This document shows positions 10,024 to 17,546 of a DNA stretch of 64,000 nucleotides, piece after piece. The notes under the pieces were generated by a model. It was not told the DNA's origin, made no database searches, and was given only the letters and a program-made list of their open reading frames with translations. This stretch comes from Bacillota bacterium (GTDB lineage Bacteria; Bacillota; Clostridia; Christensenellales; UBA1242). Position 1 is the first letter of the stretch, and the number at the start of each line of letters is the position of its first letter. The stretch lies in contig WRBV01000001.1 in NCBI GenBank assembly GCA_009784375.1, forward strand, positions 97,445 to 161,444. The letters run 5' to 3'. The translations under genes and the position numbers were made by a program.

Positions 10024-10061
10024 ATATTACCATATATCAACAACAAGAGCAATTGATATAT
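10024..10061 (-). promoter_or_regulatory. Putative recA promoter (TTGCTC-17-TGgTAATAT) overlapped by inverted repeat ATATATCAA-N12-TTGATATAT
   Basis: On the minus strand the -10 TAATAT is at 10029..10024, with TGG upstream. The IR arms are 10032-10040 and 10053-10061 and cover the spacer and -35. Confidence 0.45.
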
Positions 10062-10221
10062 ACCTTTTTAATTCTAAATGAATATGCTTATTACGCATAA
10101 ATCCCAACCAAATAAACAGTATAAAGAAGTTATTAAATATTAATCTTATTATTAAGCATCGGGGATATGTGGATATCTTATAAAAACTTGCGTATTTATC
10201 TTCTTATAAAACAAAAAACAT

Positions 10222-10233
10222 ACAATATATTGT
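10222..10233. promoter_or_regulatory. Perfect 12-bp palindrome ACAATATATTGT upstream of the XRE regulator gene
   Basis: Self-complementary 12-mer about 80 nt upstream of ATG 10313. Candidate autoregulatory operator. Confidence 0.3.
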
Positions 10234-10312
10234 GTATTCTATAACACAGACCATGTGGAAATCTAATATAAATTTAGTAAATATTTTTCTACATAATACA
10301 CAAAATAGGAGT

Positions 10313-10516
10313 ATGAAAATTAACTTTAACAAAATCTTAGCAAAATTAATGGAGCAAAATAAAATTAATCAACTCCAATTGGCGGCTCTTCTTGGGGTGC
10401 GTCAATCACAAGTAAGTAATTGGTTAAACGGGAAAAGCCTTCCTGGTTATTATTCTATACGAATGATTTGCACAAAACTTAATGTAAGTGCGGACACATT
10501 ACTTGAAATTGAATAA
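10313..10516 (+). CDS. XRE-family helix-turn-helix transcriptional regulator (67 aa)
   Basis: NQLQLAALLGVRQSQVSNWLNGKSLP is the classic Cro/C1 HTH. SD AGGAG lies 2 nt before ATG 10313. Confidence 0.8.
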   Translation: MKINFNKILAKLMEQNKINQLQLAALLGVRQSQVSNWLNGKSLPGYYSIRMICTKLNVSADTLLEIE

Positions 10517-10617
10517 ATAGTCAAATATAAAAATGACAAGAAGAATAGAAAATAAATATTCCAAATACATGTTTGGGTATTTGACTTATGAACAGTCATA
10601 TTATAAACTTGATTATA

Positions 10618-11181
10618 ATGAAAAAAAGAAAAATAGTAGTAATAGGTGCTGTCGGTGGGGCTGGCAAAAACACCGTCGTAAAGGGACTCGTAGAAAAATA
10701 TCCAGATGTATACCTTAAATTCCCAAGTGTGGCAAGTCGTGAAATGCGTCCAAACGAAACACAAGGTGACCCATATATTTTTGTATCAGAAAAAGAATTT
10801 GAAAGAATGATTAAATTCGGTGATGTTATGGAATATACAACGATGCATGGTTCGTACAGAGGAATGAGTGGAAAGATAATAGACGAATATGGTAAATCGG
10901 GAAAAGTTCTTTTAAACGATTGTGACTATATTGGAGTAAAAACTTTAAAGAAAAAATATAAAGACTGTGTAACTGCGATTTTTCTTGATGTATCAAAAAC
11001 CGAACTTGAAAAAAGAATGCGTGAACGTCCTGGAACAACACAAGAATTCATAGACTTTAGATTGGGGAATTACGACAAAGAATATCAAACAATAAAATAC
11101 TATGACCATGTTGTGCCAAACGATGACCTTGAAAAGTGTCTAGAACAAATTCACAAAATAGTAACAGCAAAGCATAAATAA
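10618..11181 (+). CDS. Guanylate kinase family protein (divergent)
   Basis: P-loop IGAVGGAGKNT, SVASREMRPNETQGDPYIFV (compare SxTTRxxRxxExxGxDYxF) and an LEKRMRERPGTT lid. The usual YGT is RGM here, so orthology to the housekeeping gmk is uncertain. Confidence 0.65.
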   Translation: MKKRKIVVIGAVGGAGKNTVVKGLVEKYPDVYLKFPSVASREMRPNETQGDPYIFVSEKEFERMIKFGDVMEYTTMHGSYRGMSGKIIDEYGKSGKVLLNDCDYIGVKTLKKKYKDCVTAIFLDVSKTELEKRMRERPGTTQEFIDFRLGNYDKEYQTIKYYDHVVPNDDLEKCLEQIHKIVTAKHK

Positions 11182-11185
11182 CTGC

Positions 11186-11461
11186 ATGAGCAAAAATGTT
11201 GAAAATTCAACTAAGTCAAACTTGACACTTGAAAACAGACAATCATTGTCGATAACAGGAATTAAAAAAATACGTACAACAGAACCAGCACAAGTTGTCG
11301 CCGATTTAGATAATTGTACTATTGTAGTAAATGGTAATAATCTTTCAATCGAGAACTTGTCGGTCAAAGAAGGCAATCTTGATATTGTCGGGTCAATTAC
11401 TTCTATAAGATACGTAACAAGTATAAATAAAAGATGGAGCTTCAAAAATATATTTCGCTAG
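11186..11461 (+). CDS. yabP: Sporulation protein YabP family
   Basis: LTLENRQSLSITGIKKIRTTEPAQVVADLDNCTIVVNGNNLSIENLSVKEGNLDIVGSITSIRY follows the YabP pattern (LxLxNRxxLxITGV....G..L.I..L......L.I.G.I....Y). Confidence 0.7.
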   Translation: MSKNVENSTKSNLTLENRQSLSITGIKKIRTTEPAQVVADLDNCTIVVNGNNLSIENLSVKEGNLDIVGSITSIRYVTSINKRWSFKNIFR

Positions 11462-11482
11462 ATAATGCCATATACATAGGAA

Positions 11483-11665
11483 ATGAATTTTGTGCTGTTA
11501 CAATTGTTGAAATTTTTGGCTCTTGTGTTTTGTATTGTACTTTGTACTTATTGTTTTAAAACATATCTAAAGCTTGAAAAGAAACGACTTCGATTTTTAT
11601 ATGATATAGCGGTTACATTTGTAATTTTTAGTATATTAATCTTTTTCAAAGTTAACTTTACGTGA
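11483..11665 (+). CDS. Small two-TM membrane protein in the yabQ position
   Basis: 60 aa and hydrophobic, directly after yabP as yabQ is in Bacillus and Clostridium. It is much shorter than canonical YabQ, so this is a positional call only. Confidence 0.3.
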   Translation: MNFVLLQLLKFLALVFCIVLCTYCFKTYLKLEKKRLRFLYDIAVTFVIFSILIFFKVNFT

Positions 11666-11706
11666 TTGCACGTTTCGCAAAGCGAAAGTATAGCTAGTCT
11701 AACCAT

Positions 11707-11741
11707 TTGCAATACGGAGCGAAGCGAAGTATAATGCCAAT
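11707..11741 (+). promoter_or_regulatory. dnaX promoter TTGCAA-17-TATAAT, 6 nt before the ATG (leaderless layout)
   Basis: -35 at 11707-11712, -10 at 11730-11735, ATG at 11742. There is no SD. Confidence 0.6.
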
Positions 11742-12686
11742 ATGAACCAAAGCATTAACTCACTTTATCGTAAATACCGACCAACAAAGTTTTCTGAAAT
11801 CGTAGGGCAACAGCATATTGTTAAAACATTACAAAATCAAATAAAGAATGATTCTGTTAATCATGCTTATTTATTTTATGGAACGCGTGGTACAGGAAAA
11901 ACAACAATTGCAAAAATATTGGCGCGTTCGCTTGCCGAGCCAACCGATATTTTTGAATTGGATGCGGCAAGTTATAACAGCGTCGACAATGTCCGTGAAA
12001 TAATAGAGAAAACAAAATATCCACCGTCATTTTCAAAGTACAAGGTTTATATAATTGACGAGGTCCACATGTTCTCAGGAGCAGCATTTAATGCATTCTT
12101 GAAAACACTAGAAGAACCACCATCACACATAATTTTTATTCTTTGTACAACCGAGCCACATAAATTACCGCAAACAATTTTAAGCCGAGTTCTGCGGTTT
12201 GATTTTCGTCCAATTTCTAATATTGAACTTGAAAAACATCTTGCTGGAATATTGAAAAAAGAAGGCATCGAGTACGAAGATAGCGCAATAAAAATGATTA
12301 TAAACGAAGGACGAGGTAGTGTAAGAGATAGCTTGAGCCTTGCCGAGTCCGTACTTGCGTTCGATAAAAAGGTTACACAGGTTAACGTTGAACAAGTACT
12401 CGGAAAAGTTAACAGCGGGACAATACAAGCACTTATAAAATCAGTTCTTGAAAAGAACATAGACCAAACAATGAAAACAACAGAACAGATTCTTTCGGGA
12501 GGAAACAACGTTATTTCAATATTACAAGACGTACTGCGTGAAATAAAATCTGAATTTATAAAAACCAAAAACAATGAACTTGTAAAAATATATAAAATAT
12601 TTGCAGACATTGAAATGAATCTTAAAACATCTGTAGACCCAAAAACCATGTTCGAGGGTGCATGTTTAATAGCAATCGCGGGGTAG
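11742..12686 (+). CDS. dnaX: DNA polymerase III clamp-loader subunit DnaX, short gamma-like form (domains I-III only)
   Basis: YRKYRPTKFSEIVGQQHIVKTL, GTRGTGKTT, IIDEVHMFS and SRVLRFDF are present. At 314 aa it lacks the zinc module and the C-terminal tau domains. Confidence 0.9.
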   Translation: MNQSINSLYRKYRPTKFSEIVGQQHIVKTLQNQIKNDSVNHAYLFYGTRGTGKTTIAKILARSLAEPTDIFELDAASYNSVDNVREIIEKTKYPPSFSKYKVYIIDEVHMFSGAAFNAFLKTLEEPPSHIIFILCTTEPHKLPQTILSRVLRFDFRPISNIELEKHLAGILKKEGIEYEDSAIKMIINEGRGSVRDSLSLAESVLAFDKKVTQVNVEQVLGKVNSGTIQALIKSVLEKNIDQTMKTTEQILSGGNNVISILQDVLREIKSEFIKTKNNELVKIYKIFADIEMNLKTSVDPKTMFEGACLIAIAG

Positions 12687-12688
12687 TA

Positions 12689-13012
12689 ATGAACGAAGAA
12701 TTTGACATAGTTTCATTGACCCCCGACATGTCCGAAATATGGGGAAACATATTGCAAAAAATTCGCTCGGGCGGTGATATTGGGCTGTATGCTGTGTGTA
12801 CCGAACAAGTAAAGGTTGAATTCGGACAAGAAGAAATAATATTAATGGTTTCAAGTGAAAGCATGCACACTTTTTTATTAAAATATAAACCAAAATTTGA
12901 CGATATAACTGGTAATGCTGATCTTGTCCGAATTCATTTTGGCAAAAGGCGAGAAAATAAAAAAACACAAAAACTAAAAGAAATATTTGGAGACATGTTA
13001 AAAATTATTTAA
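12689..13012 (+). CDS. ORF resembling the C-terminal (alpha-binding, domain V-like) part of tau; separate or fused to DnaX by -1 frameshifting
   Basis: It lies in the -1 frame relative to dnaX and begins in TAGTAATG. The pattern MSEIWGNILQKIRSGG...LYAV....VKVEF....IILMV.......FLLKYKPKFDDITG..LVRIHF resembles my memory of Firmicutes DnaX C-termini. Confidence 0.45.
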   Translation: MNEEFDIVSLTPDMSEIWGNILQKIRSGGDIGLYAVCTEQVKVEFGQEEIILMVSSESMHTFLLKYKPKFDDITGNADLVRIHFGKRRENKKTQKLKEIFGDMLKII

Positions 13013-13574
13013 GTCCTTTATCTACAAATGCAAAATGGTCATTTTTTATTTTTACTGTGCGACTTTTCTCGCATGCTTCCAATTTGCCTTTGAAAAAAAC
13101 TTTTGCTGTGTGCTCTTCGGTGCTGCCGTCCTTTGTATATGTTATTTCAAAGAAATTAAAACCAAGGATGTTTAAAAACGGATTTATATAAAATAACTTG
13201 TTATTTACATAAACAATCCCAATAAAGATAAAGGTAAAAATGAAAATTGCAAGCATACTTGCTTTGCTCAAATCAAATCCGAGACTGAATAGAATAAAAA
13301 TCGAAATATAGCCAAGGAAATGATGGTCGGTAACGTTTCTGCAATCTTTTATATAAACTTTACTTGTCTTGATGTTTGACCATTTTACATTCCAAACAAG
13401 CCCGATAATCCCCAATCCAACCAATATAACAAAGAACAAAATCTCAAACTTTACAAAACGTGTAAATTCACCATCATTAAAAATAAGATCGGATAAAATT
13501 TTTACAAGAATCAAAAAATACATAGGCACAAAAGCACTAATGTACAACAGTATATTCTTTACAAGATTAACCAT
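13005..13574 (-). CDS. Membrane protein (4-5 TM) with a small C-terminal soluble domain, unknown function
   Basis: Hydrophobic ORF. The start is tentatively ATG 13574 (CATACT, 6 nt, ATG); the track ORF extends to 13610. It overlaps the converging upstream ORF by 8 nt. Confidence 0.5.
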   Translation of the reverse strand: MVNLVKNILLYISAFVPMYFLILVKILSDLIFNDGEFTRFVKFEILFFVILVGLGIIGLVWNVKWSNIKTSKVYIKDCRNVTDHHFLGYISIFILFSLGFDLSKASMLAIFIFTFIFIGIVYVNNKLFYINPFLNILGFNFFEITYTKDGSTEEHTAKVFFKGKLEACEKSRTVKIKNDHFAFVDKGLK

Positions 13575-13687
13575 TATCTTAGTATGCATAAAGCAAAAAA
13601 TTGTATGCATTGCATATGGTCCTGCATTCTTACTTTTAAATTACGAAAATAAATGCTACACTACAAGTAGAAAAAGGAGAAACATAG

Positions 13688-13990
13688 ATGAAAGGAAAAA
13701 ACTTTGGCGGGAACGCCCAAATGCAACAAATGATGCGCCAAGCCGAGGAAATGAAAAAACAGCTTGATCGTGCAAAAGAAGACCTTGCCGAAACATTAAT
13801 AGAATCATCAAGCGGTGGCGGAATGGTCACGGTAGAAATGAGCGGAGCATATGAATTACTTAATATAAAAATTAAACCCGAAGCGGTAGATCCAGACGAT
13901 GTCGAAATGATGGAAGACCTTGTAATTGCTGCAATAAACGAGGCTTTGTCACAAGTAACAAAATTACGCGATGAAACACTTCCACTTTGA
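13688..13990 (+). CDS. ybaB: Nucleoid-associated protein YbaB/EbfC
   Basis: MQQMMRQAEEMKKQLDRAKEDL...GGGMVTVEMSGAYELLNIKIKPEAVDPDDVEMMEDLVIAAINEA matches the family. SD AAAGGAGA upstream. Confidence 0.9.
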   Translation: MKGKNFGGNAQMQQMMRQAEEMKKQLDRAKEDLAETLIESSSGGGMVTVEMSGAYELLNIKIKPEAVDPDDVEMMEDLVIAAINEALSQVTKLRDETLPL

Positions 13991-14004
13991 ATAAAGGATA
14001 AAAA

Positions 14005-15603
14005 ATGAATAAACAACTTGCAGACTTGTTGTATCCGACAATTAGTAAATCGGTCGAAGATTACCTTGAAATATATCCACCACGAAAAACACCAGCATTT
14101 CGTTATGCGCCGTCTCCGACTGGATTTTTGCATATTGGTGGGGTGGGAACATCACTTGTTAATCGAATGCTTGCAAATTCTATGAAAGGCATTGTATTTT
14201 TGCGAATAGAAGATACCGACCAAAAACGTGAGGTAGAAGGTGCAACTGAAAAACTTGTAGAGGGACTTGCTGGATTTGGAATTAATTTCGAAGAGGGATT
14301 TGACGGCAAGAAACATTTTGGCAAGTACGCCCCATATCGACAAAGTGAAAGGGTGGATATTTATCATGCATTTGCAAAAAGGCTTGTCGAACATGGGCAA
14401 GCGTATCCATGTTTTTGTACAAGCGAAGAATTAACCGAAATAAGAGAGACCCAAACATCAAAAAAAGAAAACCCAGGTTATTACGGCAAGTATGTAAAAT
14501 GCTCTAAGCTGAGTTTAAATGATATAGAAAAGAAAATAAGTAAAAAAATGCCATGGGTTTTGCGCTTAAACCCAAAAACAAATGGTAACGAGAGAATAGA
14601 ATGGATAGATAATATAAGGGGAAAATGTTCTCTTCCAGCAATCGTAAATAATCCAGTAATAATAAAATCAGACGGCATTCCACCATATAACTTTGCCCAT
14701 GTGGTAGATGATCTTTTAATGCGTACATCACATGTCGTCCGTGGTGAAGAATGGTTTCCATCAACCGCCGAACATATCCAAATATGGCGTGCATTGAACC
14801 TTGGCGAACAAACACCATGGACATATTCACATCCTCCTGTTATATGCATGGAGGAAGACGGAAAAAAACGTAAATTATCAAAAAGAAAAGACAAATTTGC
14901 ACTTGCCGAAAATATATTGGGCGAAGGGTATCCACGTGATGCCGTAATTGAATACTTGCTTTCATTATATAACACCGATTTTGAAATGTGGCGAATTGCT
15001 AATCTGTCCGAGCCAATATCGTCTTTTAATTTCCGATTTGAGAAAATCGGTACAAACTCGCCGCTTTTTGATGAGAACAAGCTGAATCATATATCACGAG
15101 AAATAATTGCAAAGAAAACGTGTTCTCAAATTAATAAAGAAATTGAACAATACTTTAAGTCCAGAGAAGATGAGCAAAGCAAAACCATTTTCACAAACCT
15201 AGATAAAATAAGACAAATTCTTGCCCTTGAACGTGAAACGCCAAAACCAAGAAAAGATATCGTTAAATATGGCGAGATATATGAAGTATTCGAATACCTG
15301 TTCAAAGCACCAAAAAAATTAACCGATGAAAAAGAAAAACAAGTGGCTGAGGGATATGCAAAAGTATACACTCACCAAGATTCGCGTGAACAATGGTTTG
15401 AACGAATAAAGGAACTTTGTACCAAACTCGGATACGCCGCGAATATGAAAGATTTTAAAACAAATCCTGATGCATATCAGGGAAGCATAGGTGATTTTAC
15501 ACAAGTTATAAGACGTGCAATTACTGGACGTGATAATACTCCTGACATGTATCAAATCATGCAAATTTTGGGAGAGAATGAAGTAATGAAAAGATTGTCT
15601 TAG
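14005..15603 (+). CDS. gltX: Glutamate--tRNA ligase
   Basis: FRYAPSPTGFLHIGG (HIGH), LRIEDTDQKR and KLSKRK (KMSKS) are present. Confidence 0.9.
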   Translation: MNKQLADLLYPTISKSVEDYLEIYPPRKTPAFRYAPSPTGFLHIGGVGTSLVNRMLANSMKGIVFLRIEDTDQKREVEGATEKLVEGLAGFGINFEEGFDGKKHFGKYAPYRQSERVDIYHAFAKRLVEHGQAYPCFCTSEELTEIRETQTSKKENPGYYGKYVKCSKLSLNDIEKKISKKMPWVLRLNPKTNGNERIEWIDNIRGKCSLPAIVNNPVIIKSDGIPPYNFAHVVDDLLMRTSHVVRGEEWFPSTAEHIQIWRALNLGEQTPWTYSHPPVICMEEDGKKRKLSKRKDKFALAENILGEGYPRDAVIEYLLSLYNTDFEMWRIANLSEPISSFNFRFEKIGTNSPLFDENKLNHISREIIAKKTCSQINKEIEQYFKSREDEQSKTIFTNLDKIRQILALERETPKPRKDIVKYGEIYEVFEYLFKAPKKLTDEKEKQVAEGYAKVYTHQDSREQWFERIKELCTKLGYAANMKDFKTNPDAYQGSIGDFTQVIRRAITGRDNTPDMYQIMQILGENEVMKRLS

Positions 15604-16316
15604 AAACTTCGTTGTCTTTGAATTTCATATAAAATCATCGCGGTAGCATTTGCAACATTAAGGCTGTTTGTTTTGCCGTGCATAGGAATGGTTATAACTT
15701 CGTCAGAGATTTTTTTGGTAAGCTGGGATACCCCTGTGTCCTCGCCACCCATGACAATTCCCACCCGTCCTTTTAAATTAATTTTGGATACATTCTTGCC
15801 GTTCATGTCCGATGCATATATCCAAAAATTATTTTGTTTTAGTGTTTCGATTGTTTGGTTTATATTTGTTACTTTACAAACACGCATGTGGGAAATAGCA
15901 CCCATAGATACACGTGTTACCGTTTCATTGACCTGGGCACTACGATTTTTTGGAATGATTATTGCGTCCACACCCATACATTCGGCTGTGCGTACAATGT
16001 TACCCAAGTTATGTGGATCTTCTACACCATCAAGTATAAGGATAGTTCCATTTTCTTTGTTCTTGAGTAATGAAAAAATTTGATCAAGGTCGTGGTATTT
16101 ATAATCACTTGTAAAAGCGATAAAACCTTGGTGATTTCGCGTTTGGGAAAGTTTATCTAATGCCGCTTTTTCAACAAATTGATATTTGTGTCCAGAATTT
16201 TTAATTTTTGAAATAAACGCATTGTCCGTTGTGTTTTTTGCGATTAATATTTTTTCGATTGTTATACTCGGGTTACCAAGTACTTCTGCTATTGCATTTT
16301 TGCCTTCAATTAACAT
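15600..16316 (-). CDS. rlmB: TrmH/SpoU-family 23S rRNA 2'-O-methyltransferase (RlmB/YacO-like)
   Basis: LDGVEDPHNLGNIVRTAECMGVDAIII, IVMGGEDTGVS and IPMHGKTNSLNVANATAMILYE are present. It lies downstream of mrnC, as in Bacillus. Confidence 0.85.
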   Translation of the reverse strand: MLIEGKNAIAEVLGNPSITIEKILIAKNTTDNAFISKIKNSGHKYQFVEKAALDKLSQTRNHQGFIAFTSDYKYHDLDQIFSLLKNKENGTILILDGVEDPHNLGNIVRTAECMGVDAIIIPKNRSAQVNETVTRVSMGAISHMRVCKVTNINQTIETLKQNNFWIYASDMNGKNVSKINLKGRVGIVMGGEDTGVSQLTKKISDEVITIPMHGKTNSLNVANATAMILYEIQRQRSF

Positions 16317-16714
16317 TATAATGTCATCCCCCTAATCATTGCTTGTTGAATTAATTCTTGGATGCGTTCAAGATTTTTTACAAGGTACAAATATCCGATA
16401 ATAGCCTCCAGCGCGGTTGCCTTTTTATATTCGGCAAGCGTTGCACTTTTTGGAATAGTATTGACCTTTTTATTAATTGCTCTGCGAGCTATGTCGGCTT
16501 CGACCTCGTCAAGGCAATCGTATATTAAATCATAAAAGATACTCTGTTGTTTTGCATTAACAACCTTTGCAACTTCTTTATGAATGCGGTCGACTTTTAT
16601 GTCGTGATTCTTCACAATATTATCACGCATAAACAATGTCATTACGGCATCACCCAAACTTGCAAGTGCCAATGGGTTTTTGTTCGCGTATTCGCGTTTT
16701 TCTTGTTCTGTCAT
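16316..16714 (-). CDS. mrnC: Mini-ribonuclease 3
   Basis: NPLALASLGDAVMTLFMRDNIV and ATALEAIIGYLYL are present. Its stop overlaps the rlmB start. Confidence 0.85.
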   Translation of the reverse strand: MTEQEKREYANKNPLALASLGDAVMTLFMRDNIVKNHDIKVDRIHKEVAKVVNAKQQSIFYDLIYDCLDEVEADIARRAINKKVNTIPKSATLAEYKKATALEAIIGYLYLVKNLERIQELIQQAMIRGMTL

Positions 16715-16726
16715 AGTTCAATTATA
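16715..16726 (-). promoter_or_regulatory. -10 TATAAT placed 6 nt before the mrnC ATG (leaderless layout)
   Basis: The minus strand reads TATAAT (16726..16721), tgaact, then ATG (16714). Confidence 0.5.
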
Positions 16727-16770
16727 CAATAACTTTCATTTTCCAACTATTACTTCTCATTTAATAGAAT

Positions 16771-17508
16771 ATGGAATTTATTAAATTAATTTTTGAACAC
16801 ACAGGAACTCTTGTAATAAATAACGAAGTGACCGTTACCGAATTTCCATATTCAATGAATTGGTTTGATGGTGCCGATTTGGTTGTAGATACTTTGCAAG
16901 AACGATTTGTATTTAATACACAAAGTACATTACCAAATGACACATGTCGCATATTTGAAATTAACCCAAATCATTATGTTATACGTATCGAAAAAAAGGC
17001 AGCCGAACGTATACTACAGGTTACACATGCAAGTACACACTTTATTTTTCCAAAGCGGTATATTGTTGAAATTGGGCAAGGCAATGATACAAGCTTTTTC
17101 ACAATATATACAAACAAGGAAAATCGATTCGCGGTTGACCTTGGTGTAAAGATTAATAACCCAAATGTTGTCCTTGAAAATAATAAAATTGTTATAAAGG
17201 ACGAACTTTTATCATTTGCATTTGATCCATCGAGTAACACCGTTACATGGCACAGACGTTATTTTAAATCGGGTACGCCAATACCGTTTGTATTCTTGCA
17301 ATATCTTCAAAATGGTGAATATAGCAAAGCACGTTCTATGCTTGCATTTAATATTGATGAACAAGGTCTGGAAAAATATTTTGGAAAGTTTGAAATCTTG
17401 CTTAATAATTATTTGCAAGACGAAAATATATTCTCGATTATCCAAGGTAAAAAAGTTAAAAATCTTCGATTTGAAATAGAGGGTGCCATGATTCAAAATG
17501 TAGAATGA
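16771..17508 (+). CDS. Hypothetical protein (245 aa)
   Basis: Long ORF with normal composition that fills the gap between mrnC and the flippase gene. I recognise no motif. Confidence 0.55.
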   Translation: MEFIKLIFEHTGTLVINNEVTVTEFPYSMNWFDGADLVVDTLQERFVFNTQSTLPNDTCRIFEINPNHYVIRIEKKAAERILQVTHASTHFIFPKRYIVEIGQGNDTSFFTIYTNKENRFAVDLGVKINNPNVVLENNKIVIKDELLSFAFDPSSNTVTWHRRYFKSGTPIPFVFLQYLQNGEYSKARSMLAFNIDEQGLEKYFGKFEILLNNYLQDENIFSIIQGKKVKNLRFEIEGAMIQNVE

Positions 17509-17546
17509 ACTTATAAAAACAAATCATCTGCAAACACTAGTACGAA

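Noticed and set aside
9998-10312. Canonical LexA/Cheo box (CGAAC-N4-GTTCG) in the recA upstream region
   Set aside because: No GAAC-N4-GTTC string is present on either strand. Only the different ATATATCAA/TTGATATAT palindrome was found, and it is reported separately.
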